From NCBI RefSeq assembly GCF_009914755.1, contig NC_060930.1: a stretch of DNA of 64,000 nucleotides. The stretch is one strand, 5' to 3'. The stretch is from the human T2T-CHM13v2.0 reference genome, Homo sapiens. The notes under the pieces were generated by a model. That model saw only the letters and a list, made by a program, of their open reading frames with translations. It was not told the DNA's origin and searched no databases. A program made the position numbers and the translations under genes. Within the stretch, counting starts at the first letter, position 1. Each line of letters starts with the position of its first letter. Below, piece after piece: positions 42,001-59,500 of this stretch.

Positions 42001-43018
42001 CCATAGCCAATGACTCCCTTTGACTGAGTAACTAGTAAGGCCCCGATAGTCATATTCAGAACATTCTCTAGTACCCCAGTCTGTTGAGCAGTGATGACTC
42101 GATGAGCCAAATTCTGTAATTTGTTACTTGATAAGGATGAAATCATTCCAGTGCTCCTTACTGTTGGCGAATCACCAATTTCAATGACAATCACTTTTGA
42201 GATAGTTTCCACAGTCATTGGGGGTGAAGCCCTATGTGAGTTCATTTCCATCATGAGAGGCCTACGTTGACCAACTCTTCTATAATGACTAGTGCAAGTC
42301 ACAGTAGGGCAATTGCGCTTTCTTTTTGCTCTACTGTCAGCAATGGCCTTTAAGGTCTCTTCATGGCCAGGCATCTCGTGAATAAACCTGATTTGGTTTT
42401 GGCCAATCTGTAAGAAGTTAGTTAGTCTTTCGAGTATTACTATTTCCCAGCCTTTTTCTAAGACTGAAACCATCACAGTGAGGGCCAAGTGAATGGAAAC
42501 ACCTGAGCGTATTTCAATGGGCTCCTCTCCTTGTAGGACAACATACAAGAGGTTATCCATGATGTTGAAATAGTTGGCACCAATAGATTCATTCAGCAAT
42601 AAGGAAGCTGACTGAACCAGAGTGGGTGGAATAAAACTTTCCCCTAAGAAGACGTGGGGGCTCTGGAGCTCATGGTAGAATACAGCCAAGAGAAGCTTGG
42701 AGGTACTTTTGTTCCCCAATAGAAAAAAGCGCAAAACTTGAGGAGTTTGATCCATGAAGCAGACTTTGGTGATTTGCCTGATGGGTAAGATAGAATAGAA
42801 AGTAGACACTGACCCAGAAGTAGAGCAGGGAATATTGGCATTTACACTGCTAAAGACATCAACAAAACCACTAGTCACAGATACAACTGGATATAACTTC
42901 TGAATTGCCCAAATGGCATCAGCGCTATCAAGAATTAGGACCACTTGGTCAGTCTGTTTGCAGATGAATCCTTGCATCAGAAATTGGTATGTACATTTCT
43001 GTTCTTCTCTAAATGTAC
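42001..43018 (-). CDS. PKHD1: Fibrocystin exon 61 (1018 nt; ectodomain, includes KRKRN proprotein-convertase site)
   Basis: Acceptor ttttatAG|GTACA at 43019/43018, donor TATGG|gtaagt at 42001/42000. Lies within ORF 41997..43043 ([11 protein letters not shown]...SKGVIGYG). Confidence 0.97.
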
Positions 43019-43354
43019 CTATAAAAGAAAAGAAGCAAAACAAGTGATATATGAATTATAATCTGTCAATGATTATTTGTAATCCATCACTCTTGCCATC
43101 ATCTATAACTGGATAAAATATTTATTAAACATCTAATTGTGCCAGATACTGAGAGTGCAAGGAAGATTGCGGCAAAATATTTTTAAAAATTAAATAATAG
43201 TTCTTTAATATATTTTAAAAGTATATGTTACATAATATGTTATTTAAAGTTAATAATGGAGATAATAACTGAGAAAAGGAGTTGAAGAAGTAAAAGAATC
43301 AAGACAATGAAATAATCATTAAGGGCCCTTGAGAGAAAAGCAAGATAAACTGCT

Positions 43355-44377
43355 TTTTACTACTCTCACACACTCCATATAACACAAAATACCTCACCTC
43401 TGGTCACCAAAATGTGTAGGTATTTCACCACACCAGCAACCAATTCTCCAGTGGATACAAACTGGGTGTCACATAATTTAACCAAATTCTGATACTAAAC
43501 AAAGTTAGTGCAGACTCCACAAGGTAAGGGCTCAGTCTTACAAGCATGCCCCTATTTCAGATGCCAATTGCAAGTCCTAGGCTGTGACCTCTGCTTCTGA
43601 ACAACTGGCTATATAAATCAGGGCTCTCAGGACTCCATCCTTGAATTCAATTAACTCGCTAGAGAGGCTTACAAAACTCAGGGAAACATTTACTTATGTT
43701 TTTTCATTTATTATAAAGGATATTACAAAAGACGCAGATGAACAGACAGATGGAAGAGACGCATAGGACAAGGCATGTGGGAAGGGCATGGAGCTTCCAT
43801 GCCCTCTGCATGTGCCACCCTCAAGACACTTCCATGCGTTCAGCCACCTGAAAGCTCTCCCAATCCTGTCCTTTCAGCCTTTCATGGAGGCTCCATTATG
43901 TAGGTATGATTGACTAAGTTATTGGTTGTTGGTGATCGACTCAACCTTCAGACTCTCTCCCTTCCCCTGAAATGGGGATGGTGAGGAGATGAGGCTTGAT
44001 GTTCCAACCCTCTAGTCACGTGATTGGTTCCCCTGGCAACCAGCCTCCATCCTGAGGCTATCCAGTAGTTGAGGCATTAGCTCATTAGAAAAAAAAGATA
44101 TTCCTATCACCCAGGAAATTCCAAGGGATTTAGGAACTGTGTATCCAATGTTTCTGTCACTTAGGGAATTACAAATATCTTAGGGCTTCTGTGTCAGCAA
44201 CCAGAGTCAAAGATCAAATATTCGAACAAAAGAGTCTCCTAGCACTACTGATTTTAGTAGCTCTGCCTCAGGAACCAGAAATATAGATACAGATATAGAT
44301 TAGATATAGATATAGATATATAGATATAGATACAGATTTAGATAGATATAGATATAGAAAGAATCTCACAATATCAT
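43355..44377 (-). mobile_element. MER21-like ERV LTR containing a (TAGATA)n microsatellite (44281-44357)
   Basis: caccaaaatgtgtaggtatttc...gttagtgcagactccacaaggtaagggctcagtc...ttcagatgccaattgcaagt...; ends ctcacaatatcata. Confidence 0.8.
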
Positions 44378-45169
44378 AGCTCCATAATAGAAATAGGGTA
44401 TAAGAGAAGGGGTAGTAACATCCAAGCGAATGGGAGAAGAGGTAGATGGAGGGGAATGGGTGGAACAGAGAAATTATGAAGGCATATTAAAATTGAAGAG
44501 GTGTGTCTGACCAGATTGTGAAAGAGTTTGGATGTCAAACTATATAATTTTCTCATACTCTATTTTTCCCTAAACATAAAAAGTAAAGAAATACAAGAAG
44601 AAGGAAAGAAGAAAGTAGTAACTTCGGAAGTTGTTGATATTAAAGAGTCCAAGTTGAGGATGGTGAGGGTTAATAAAACATTTAAAGGAACAGCGTTATT
44701 CATTATTTCTACCATTCCTAATACCTCCTATATGAACCCAGAATAGTTCTTGTTTTGAATCCATAGGGATATTTTATCTTTCAATAAAGAATTTCTTTGA
44801 TTTAAAATTTATATTCACGAAATCATTCTGTATTGTTTTCTAGATTTTTAAAATTTGCCTTAGTGTAAGTTCATAAAAGTAGCTTAAGAAATGGAACAAA
44901 AAATCAAATTATCTTTAATGTAGGAAATACTAGATTTGCATATAATCTAGTCTTTCCTATATTCTTCCATCCATATGATATAATTATAAATCTATGCTAA
45001 ACCTGACCATGGTGTTAATAAATTTAACTACCAAATTGTTGGTTCAGAAGTAGGGCACATGTTTTACTTTTTCTTCAACAATAACAGCAAAAACAGGGAT
45101 GATTAAAAGTCACAAGGAAAACTATAAAATATTTAAAACAATAATAATTATACTTTTACTATATTAAAA

Positions 45170-45950
45170 TTTGGGGAATGAAGTTAAAACAGTACTTTTA
45201 TGGGAAAATTTATAGTGTTAAATGCTCATATAAGCAAAGAAGAATTATCTAAAAGCAATGTCCTATATGGTACTACCTTAAGAATTTTGAAAAAAGATAC
45301 AATGGACAGCATGGTGATTGCAGTTAATAATACTGTATGATATAATTAAAATTTGCTAAGGGGGTAGATCTTAACATATTCTCACCACACACACACGCAC
45401 ACACACATACAAGTAAAAAGGTAATAATGAGGTAATGGATATATTAGTTTTCGCAATGTATATGTGTATCAAAACATCACATTATATAGTATATCCTAAA
45501 TATTTAAAATTTTTATTTGTCAATTATGCCTCATAAAAGCTGGAAAAAAATAACAGAACTGCACGTCAAAAATTTTTTAAGGAATTTAGAAAAAGATCAC
45601 AGAAAAGTCAAAGAAAGGAAATAATCAATATGATTGCAGAAATCAATGAAGTAGAAAAGAAACAACAACAAAACAAAATAAAACAATAGAGAAAGCGATT
45701 CTTGGAAAACAGCAACAAAATTGACTAACTCTTCCCTAGACCGATCAAAATAAAGAGAATACAAATCACCAATTTTAAGAATGAAAGGATTATCATTACA
45801 GATTCTGCAGAAAAAAAAGAGAAACTATTACAAACAAACATTTGCCAACACATTCAACAACTTAAAGTAGACAAATTTCTTTAAAATTGACACAAGATAA
45901 AACAGAAATTTTGAACTGTTCTATGTCTCTTAATGAAATTGGATTCATTG
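45170..45950 (+). mobile_element. Ancient L1M ORF2 fragment with a nested L1MA-type 3' end (about 45300-45560)
   Basis: ORF2 motifs gggaaaatttatagtgttaaatgc and gcagaaatcaatgaagtagaaaa. Nested piece acagcatggtgattgcagttaataatactgta... with degenerate TSD taag(g)aattt(t/a)gaaaaagat. Confidence 0.75.
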
Positions 45951-48900
45951 CATTGAATGCTAAAAATTAAATAAAAATTTAATTATCAAATTTAAAGGAA
46001 TAGTCTCCTTTTTTTAACCTTCACATTGTGTTTTTTTCCCTGTGATTATATCATAGGCTAACTCTAATGTTAAGAGTTGTCTTCAGAAGCATGGATCCAG
46101 TATGAAGGCAAATTAATTACATGGTCTTAATGGCCCTAGAAATTTTGTTTTGAGATCCTGATGCACCAATCTCTACTACAGTTATATCTTTTCCAAATAA
46201 GATAGTTAGGTAACATTTCCTCATGGGAAATCCTCAAATCACAGAGGTTCCCCTTTTCTAAACTTGGCAGCTCACTCTCCTTTTTACACATTTTTTTCAG
46301 CCATGCTGATGTTATTGATTAATCACTCACATTCCATCCAATTTTATAAATCTCTGGCTTTGTTCTTCCTACTTCTCATCTAAGAGATATAATGTCTTAA
46401 AGTGACCTCTAAAGATGTACAGTTCTGTTATAATTATAAATAAATAATTAAACAAAAACAATCACTTCCTTTGTTGATGATTCTCAATCATTCTCTGCTA
46501 CCATCTAACTGTATGTAATTTGATAAATCACATGACGTTAGTAGGCATCAGTGTTCTTAAGGGTTATCTCTTCAGGTCAGGGACAATATTTCATCTCTAA
46601 ATCACCACAAGGGTCAACATTCTACCTCAAGCACAGTAGATGCTTTTAATATTTATTAGCTGATTGATATGTAATGTCCTTTTCAAAATTCCTATTCTTC
46701 AAATCACTTTATGTGTTCTTGTCAGGTGTCTAATTATAAGACTCTTACTCTATAGTACAAATATATTTTAAGTCAACTCAGCATAACAATAATAATTGAG
46801 TATATCACAAAAATTTATTGTATCATCCTCTAAATTGATTCTTAATATATGTTAGGCAATACTGTAATACATCTATTTCACATGTATCCATAAGATTGAA
46901 ATTATGGCTGACTATACTTTTATAAATTTTCTTCTGCTATTGTATCTCATAGTTGATTTGTCCACAACAGGTTCTGTTGTAATAAAGCATTTTGGGAACA
47001 ATTCATTTATTCATTAAATAAATACACATGGGTGGAAAATAAGTTTTTCTTTCATACCTCCATTCCTTATGACAGGTAACTTCCAAGGCCAAAATAATAA
47101 AAAATGGCCTTTTAAAATGTAATTAACATTTTTTTGGAGTAATAAGGTACAGGAGTTATACTAGTAGGATGTATACCTTCAAAGAGGCCCATTATTACTT
47201 ATTTATTTATTTTTACATATTCCACCCAGAAGCCAGTCTGTCATAAAGGCTGGTCACCCAAGCCATTTCTGCCTCAAGGATCCAAAGTTCCCCATTCCAC
47301 TATTCAGTCATGACACTGGATGAAAAAGAATATGACAAACTACCTAGGTAGAAGGCAGGCACTTGAGAGGGAGAGAAGGAGACAGAGGGATAAAAGGGTT
47401 TGAATCGTGCAGGGTTGGAGCCCGAGAGGGCACAATCTCTGCTGAAAGTGTGTGATGCAGAGCCCTTGCACACCCTGGAGAGTTTAGCCCAGGACCGGTC
47501 CATGAGGAAACTCAGGAATAAGATGACAGAGAATGAAAATTCACAAATCTTTATGACCCATTGGCATTTTGTATGAATTTAATTACAAACCCTAGATTGT
47601 GGTAAGGAATTGGATAAACATTTATTTGGATTCCTTGTGCATGCAGTAAGATTTTGTTACTATGGCTCCTCTCTCTAGTTGCCATATTGTTATTATTAAG
47701 CACTGTGTTAAAACTAGAGATCAAATGCCAGGCTTCTCAACTATGTGTTAGTTATTTGCTTGTTTAAACTTAGCCAATTACCTTCCTGATTGCAAAGGAA
47801 CTAGTGCAGTGCCAATTACACGCATTATTTTTATTCCTATTTTCTCCCATTTTTATGTTTTAAACCTCTGTGTATGAATACCTTGCTGTGAAAGGACCAC
47901 ATGGATTTTGATTTCTCATATCTGGTTGGAGATTTACCCCTATGACCTTCAGAAAGTTAATAATTAGTATCTTCTTATTTAAATAAAGAGTTTCATCAAA
48001 TATTAGTTATTATAAAATATTCTCATCATTCTTTCCTTTCTACACTCCCCAAAAATGAAAAATATACTCATTTTGATTCAAGATAAGAATAAAGAATATT
48101 TAAATTACTTCTTTGGTTCAGATCTTCTTGACAAAACATACAACGAACAAGATATCTTTTCTCCAGAATATACTCTTTACAATTTTTTCTACCCTAGGAA
48201 AAATACCGTACAAAAAAAATCTGTAATAAATAATAAATTAGTTATATTTCAAGGCTATGTAGTCTTGTGACAGATATACTTTTTCTAGCCCAATGTTTCT
48301 CAGAAGTCAGAGCTGAGGTTTCTTTGTTAGAAATATGAGAATGATGATTGGGATGTGACTGCCCCAAACTCTTTATAGAGATGAAGCTATATACAAGTAG
48401 CTTTAGCCACTGAGGGGAAAAATGATTTGTATATCAGATATATTATTGTGGATAAGTAGAAAATTTTCCTTTTATAAAGAAAGTTAAAACAGACCCGAAA
48501 AACCCCACAAATTAAATAATCCCACCAAACAATTAGTCATCTCTGATAATACAAGCCTATTTCAGCAAGAATTTTTACCTTAGAGTTTTGACAATAAGGA
48601 TTCTGTACAAATGAAATGCCCTACATGAGCTGAAAAGTAGGTTCTTTTATCTTTAATGTTATTGGAATAAACCAGTCTAACACTCACAATGAAATTGTGA
48701 GAAGCAGCTAATGCATAGATGTAATAATTCAGAGTCTCTTAAAATGTACATTTCAAAAAGGTAGATTGTTGTGTTTAGATGCAAGCTGAAGTGCTGTAGA
48801 TAAGACAGAACTCATAAAAAGTGAGAGGCTAATGTTGGAGGGAGTGGATGACTGACACAGTAAGCTCTCTGAGAGGCTAAGGAAGAACAGGGTCCACAGC

Positions 48901-49810
48901 CTTCTTAAATAAGATGGGATTGGATAGGTTGAAAGACTTCATCTCCCTTGAAGCAGGAAGGAGGGCAGAGAGTGTAAGCACAGGTGGAGGTGGGTGGGAG
49001 ATTGAAGGCACTCTATCTGCTGGGAGGTGTGAGGCAAGCACGGTTATCAACAGGAAGTCAAGTATGACGGTGAGTATTGGGGGCTAAGATGAGGGGCAGG
49101 AAAGTTGGGTCAAATGTTTGTGGACTGAGAAGATGGTATAAAACAGTCATTGTGAAAGAGGTGCAAACTCAGTCTTTCTGTTACTTTAGTGCTTATACAA
49201 TGTGAGGGAACCATTCCATAAAAGTAGGTACAAAGATATCAATTCAAAATTTGGAGTGGGAATGAATTATTTAAAATGAGAAAAAAATCACAACACAATT
49301 ATGTTTTAAAAACCTCGTAAGTACCACAAACATGATAAAATCTAGGGAAAGGTAATACATATACTACCCAGCTTACCTCTGTATCATCCTTCCTATATTT
49401 TATTGTAACTGTTGTATTGCTTCTTCATATAACAACAATGTTGTAATATTTTTTATAGAGAAGACAGAAAGATAATTTAGTATTTTCTATAGCTTGGATG
49501 ATTGACGTTTGTTTTCCATAATTTCATTGGTAGTTTAGAAGAATTTGTTTCAGCTTCGCAACTCATTATTGGTATGTGCAAATGTTTATAATTTTTTTTT
49601 AAATTTATTATAATACTTTAAGTTTTAGGGTACATGTGCACAATGTGCAGGTTACATATGTATACATGTGCCATGCTGGTGCGCTGCACCCACTAACTCG
49701 TCATCTAGCATTAGGTATATCTCCCAATGCTATCCCTCCCCCCTCCCCCCACCCCACAACAGTCCCCAGAGTGCGATGTTCCTCTTCCTGTGTCCATGTG
49801 TTCTCATTGT

Positions 49811-53652
<3,842 letters not shown>

Positions 53653-53700
53653 TTATTTTGCTCGTTAGTTCATGCAGTTTCTTCCTAGTCTCGATGGTCT

Positions 53701-54717
53701 TTACAATTTGGCATGATTTTGCAGAGGCTGGTACCAGTTGTGCCTTTCCATGTTTGGTGCTTCCTTCAGGAGCTCTTTTAGGGCAGGCCTGGTGGTAACA
53801 AAATCTCTCAGCATTTGCTTGTCTGTAAAGTATTTTATTTCTCCTTCACTGATGAAGCTTAGTTTGGCTGGATATGAAATTCTGGGTTGAAAATTCTTTT
53901 CTTTAAGAATGTTGAATATTGGCCCCCACTCTCTTCTGGCTTGTAGAGTTTCTGCCGAGAGATCTGCTGGTAGTCTGATGGGCTTCCCTTTGTGGGTAAC
54001 CAGACCTTTCTCTCTGGCTGCCCTTAACATTTTTTCCTTCATTTCAACTTTGGTGAATCTGACAATTATGTGTCTTGGAGTTTCTCTTCTCGAGGAGTAT
54101 CTTTGTGGCATTCTCTGTAGTTCCTGAATCTGAATGTTGGCCTGCCTTGCTAGATTGGGGAAGTTCTCCTGGATAATATCCTGCAGAGTGTTTTCCAACT
54201 TGGTTCCATTCTCCCCGTCATTTTCAGGTACACCAATCAGACGTAGATTTGGTCTTTTCACATAGTCCCATATTTCTTGGAGGCTTTGCTCGTTTCTTTT
54301 TATTCTTTTTTCTCTAAACTTCCCTTCTCACTTCATTTCATTCACTTCATCTTCCATCACTGATACCCTGTCTTCCAGTTGATCGCATCAGCTCCTGAGG
54401 CTTCCGCATTCTTCACGTAGTTCTCGAGCCTTGGTTTTCAGCTCCATCAGCTCCTTTAAGCACTTCTCTGTATTGGTTATTCTAGTTATACATTCTTCTA
54501 AACTTTTTTCAAAGTTTTCAACTTCTTTGCCTTTGGTTTGAATTTCCTCCCGTAGCTTGGAGTAATTTGATCGTCTGAAGCCTTCTTCTCTCAGCTCGTC
54601 AAAGTCATTCTCCGTCCAGCTTTGTTCCATTGCTGGTGAGGAACTGCGTTCCTTTGGAGGAGGAGAGGCGCTCTGCTTTTTAGAGTTTCCAGTTTCTGTG
54701 CTCTGTTTTTTCCCCAT
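53701..54717 (-). pseudogene. L1 ORF1p, disrupted (CGA>TGA at codon 110)
   Basis: ORFs 54388..54717 (MGKKQ...) and 53701..54261 are in the same frame, separated by a stop. Confidence 0.93.
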
Positions 54718-56129
54718 CTTGGTGGTTTTATCTACTTTTGGTCTTTGATGATGGTGATGTACAGATGAGTTTTTGGTGTGGATGTCCTTTCTGTTTGTTA
54801 GTTTTCCTTCTAACAGACAGGACCCTCAGCTGCAGGTCTGTTGGGGTACCCGCCCGTGTGAGGTGTCAGTCTGCTCCTGCTGGGGGGTGCCTCCCAGGTA
54901 GGCTGCTCGGGGGTCAGGGGTCAGGGACCCACTTGAGGAGGTAGTCTGCCCGTTCTCAGATCTCCAGCTGCATGCTGGGAGAACCACTGCTCTCTTCAAA
55001 GCTGTCAGACAGGGACATTTTCATGTTTAGAATTTTTGTCAAATGTGGGAAGTCTCTTAGAAAGGTTTTCTCATGTATGAGCTGTAATACTTGAATAAAT
55101 GTTCACAGAGTAGCTTTTATTGGACTGTTACCCCAATCCTACATCTCTTATACCTTTCACTTTCTCCTCATGTTTTAGATTATGTTCATAACACAGTGTG
55201 ACCTAGGGTCTGGCTTCTGTGTGTTGCAACACCGGGTAAGTCGACATAGATGTCTAGTAATAATTTTATATAGAAGTGATTAGGAACCATACAAATCACA
55301 CCCTACTAAGCCCAAATTAAATGCATGTCCAACTCAGTTTCCCCTTAGCTAGATTTCAAAAATGCTGTAGCTAGTCCACTGTCACTCAACCCCACACCAC
55401 TTATGATGAAGGAATATTTAGAGTGGAAAGAGAGAATTATCCTAATTCTGGTTAAAATATCTTAATTTTGAAAATTTTACAAAAGCACAGATCTATGCAA
55501 ACACATAGCTGAGATTTGTTTTGGAGCCTTGGAAGGGGCGCATGTAAGTGAAGAGCCTGAAACCTAATCTTTATCATCTTCACAGAAAATTTAGTCTGCC
55601 CATGTTGTGGAGAATGTATGAGTACATGCTTTGGCTATACCCAGTAAGATGGAATGGACAAACAGAATGGCTGAGTTTATTCAAGGTTGGGTTCATGCCT
55701 GGCTATGCCAAGGACAAAGAGTCATAGGTATTAAAGTTATATACAAAGAACTGATGATAAGAAAGCATAGCTCATTTCAGCTGCATAAGAAGGGAAATGA
55801 AGGGAAGGCACTCATGCATATTAGAAAAATGCACATGGCAATGAGTTTAATGCCACAAGGAAGGGGCTCTTGAACAATTTGAGTTGGAAAGACCTGAATT
55901 ATTCCTTGAAAGTATGGTACTTAAGTTCATGATTTTGAAGTTCAGTGATCATGACAATTTCAATGTTATCACTGTGTCAGTGAGTAGTAAGGTACTGTGG
56001 GGGAAAAAGCATACCTGATAGAAATACTAACAGCAATGGCTAACATTTACTGAAGACCTTCTCTGTGTCTGGTATTCTTCTAGAGAGGACTTGAAGATGA
56101 TATGAACAATGAGAGATAATATATAAACT

Positions 56130-56585
56130 GACAATATCTAGGCCAGATACCAAAATAGAACTCTGACCAACAAACAGCAGTAACCAGTCCTAGAAGACCA
56201 AATAATAACCCGTGAAACAACAAGCCTCAAACAGCCAGTACTTGATTAATAACTGTCAGCTTCCGTGTTTTCCCTGATAATTCCCCAATTTTTGCCTCAG
56301 TTTCCAACTTAGAACCAATTACAGAAAGCAAAATATGTATCCATAACCAACCACATGGGATGCCCCACTTCTAGTTTGACTGTGTCCAGCTTCCCCATGC
56401 CAACAGCATTAATCAAAGCATTAACCTGAAGCTTTCCCTTTTTTCCACTATAAAGCTTTCCTACTTTTCTGTGTGCCTTTGCATCTCTACCAAATTGAAG
56501 TTATGGTGGCCGACTCACTTGCTATAGCAAGTTCAGATAAATAGCAATTGCCGGTTCTTTGCATAGTCTTTGTTTATTTTCTTAG
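56130..56585 (+). mobile_element. MER34/MER39-like ERV1 LTR
   Basis: aggccagataccaaaatagaactctgacc...aaccaaccacatgggatgccccacttctag...tataaagctttcc...cttgctatagcaagttcagataaatagc. Confidence 0.65.
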
Positions 56586-59500
56586 CAGTCAAGGTTTTGA
56601 ATGAGTTAGCCACCTTAAGAAAATCACGAAAGAGTTAGGATGAAGAAGAGAACAGTGATCCAGTTTCTTTGGCCTTCAGGGAGTGAAGAGCCACGCTGAT
56701 TATGTCAATAAGACTCATGAAGCAGGTAGTCAGCCAGATGGTGTCAGCCTCGGAGGGGCAGGGGTTTTATTAAGGGATATTATTTAGGACATGGGAGCAG
56801 CATGGAAACATGAAAGACACCTTAAGGATTGAGTGTGTGGCTTAAAGAGGCTTTAAAAAGAGTGGAATCTTTAGAAGATGGCTAGGTTCCAGTTGAGGTA
56901 AATGAGTGAAAAGAAGGTTCTTTGAATATAAAGAAGAGTTTGCTGATCCCAAGTACAAACTTTCTCACAGCACCAGGAACAACTTTTGGAGGAACGGAGT
57001 AAAAGGTTGGGTGAGCTCATGAATGGATTGGGAAGGAGATGTGTATTCTAGAGATGGTAGATAGAGAGTGGTAGACATGTAGGTAGTGACTGAGGAAAGC
57101 TGGGATATTAAGAAAAACATATTGCATCCTTATACTAACAGTGGTGTAAAAATTAGGGACTATCAGAGGAGCCTGAAGGGTTTCCCACAGTTTTTGTCAA
57201 TGGGATGCTCTGGTATACTGCTTAAGGAGATCTTATGTGGCAGGATGGTGGTCACACCATTGTCATTTCAGCTATCACATAATGGTTGCTTAGGAGAGCT
57301 GTAGGTACAGATATATCTGTTAAGAAACCCACAGACTAACGAGTGTGGTGCTTGGAAGTGGGACAGGCCAGGATAGAGATTAGAATGGCAAAGAAGAAGC
57401 TTTGACTTCACTACAAAGATGCCCTCAAGACATAAGGTTGGTGGTCCTTCCTTCCTCCTTTCCTTCCTTCTTCCTTCTTCAATTCTTCTTTTCTTCCTTC
57501 TCTACTTCCCTTCCCTAAAACTTTCTAATAGCAAGTTTAATTATCCATAGTTCATAGAGAAAAAACTTGAGCCACAGCAATTTTAACTCAGTATAATTAC
57601 TTAGTAGTAATGATGAAGATGAGGAAGAAGAAAAAAAGCATATTTCTAAACTTCTACCTGTCCCTTTGGCAAAGTTAAATGTAGTCTAAATAACTCCCCT
57701 TTTGGCCTGTGTTTAGACTTAAGGTTCAGGGTGATGATTTATCCTGTGAGAAAGGGGCTGTAATAACTAGAAGTTCTCTCTGCACAATTTATTGACAGGC
57801 ACACATGGAAAAGTGTTTGACGATTTGTCAAATCACATATTTGCAAGAGTCCATTTGCTGTGTTATGTCTTCATTTGGCCCTTTTAATATTTTATCATAC
57901 TATCCCAGGAGTATAAAGATATAGCCACATATTTAGCAAAGACAATAGCCTAGGGATTATCAACAAGTAATATTAATTATCCACTTTTGTAGCCAGACTT
58001 GAAATCCTGGTCTTCATAAATTAAAAAATATATGTATTTTTTATTTTTTCAGAGTTTACCAATGACTAAGAGATGGGGTAGTTTGTCAGTATCTTATTCA
58101 TTTTCCTAGGTCACCTTTAATCAATCCTCCTATTTTAATTTTGGCGTGAGGCAAAAATAAAGCACACGTAAGCAGGGTTCCAGAGCCACCAAATGGGTGT
58201 AGTTCTTAATTATGGCAGAGAATACACATTAACTACTTAAGAGGGTGACAGACTTCAGAGCTCAATCCTCAGCCACTACTGGCAGGAGCCTGCAGTGACA
58301 GTTCAGCATCACTTCTATAGAGCGTTCCATTTTTCCTTCCTCTGGATTTGTTTTCTTCCTGCTTCTGTCACTTGGGGAAGGTTTAGTTTTGAGTAATGAT
58401 TATCTTTCTCCCTTGTTTTTGTCTTTTCTTTTCTCCCACTTCTCCAAATGGCCTATCTGCCAGTCACAATTTTTGTGGTCTGCAATTCTGATCATTTTTA
58501 AATGAAACCCATGCTGGCTTTGGTAATCATAATGTCATTTACAATTTACCACTAAACACGTTTATTCAGTTAGTAGCACACTGGAGAAAGAGAACTCCAT
58601 ATGAACTCACCGTGAAAGGCCTAATCTGATTATTTCCTCATGAAAATCCAGGCAGGGGTGCTTGTAAGAGGGGCTGAGAGAAGAAGGAAAAAAGCGAGAT
58701 CTGGCCACAGCTGACTTTCATAATCAATGTGAATAGATAAGTGACACAGCCTGTCAGGGGCAGCCGCCCAGCCACCCCAGGGCATTCCTTTCCAAAAGGC
58801 TAGGGTGGACAGGGCTTAATAAATGCTGAGTGACCAGTGAGTATTGGCTTGGCATATGCTATTGCATACACGATGGACAAGAACATGATAAAGTCCAGAA
58901 GCTCTTCTCTAAGTGGGGAAAATTAGATTAAGCAGGTTGTATTTGTGTGTGCATGTGTGCCTATGAGCACTTGCTTTGTGTATACTTTAACTTCCTAAAA
59001 TACCCTGGTCATTCAGTATGCTCTGTCCACCTTTCCCTAGACAGGAAGCTACAGACGTAGAAACCAAGGCAGTGAGTGAAGTCTGTCTGGTGGCAGAGGA
59101 GGAGGAAGGAGGCAGGTGTGTATGTGTGTGAGTGCATGTGTAGATTCAGGTTGCTTCCAGGGTTCTAACATATATTAACTTTGTGTCAATATTTGTCCTT
59201 CCTGTCGTGAAATGAGGATTTTCCACCTCATTTCACGTTTGAAAAGAAAATATGCCAAAGGGGTCGTCTTTGCTAGAAAAAAAAAAAAATTAAAAGAAAA
59301 GAAAAAAAAAAAACTTCTATTCTTTATTTAGAAAAATGGATCTGAAGGAAAGAAAAAAATTTAAATAAATGTTCTGACTCAAATGCACATAGAATCCTTC
59401 CATATTTCTGTTTTCAACAAAAAAGAAAAATTTATATGTTTAAAATTGAATGAAATACATCAACATTAATGATTTTTTCCTTGAGGTTAACACCACCATT

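Noticed and set aside
47220-47700. Possible ancient LTR fragment
   Set aside because: It looks LTR-like, but I cannot assign a family or boundaries by eye.
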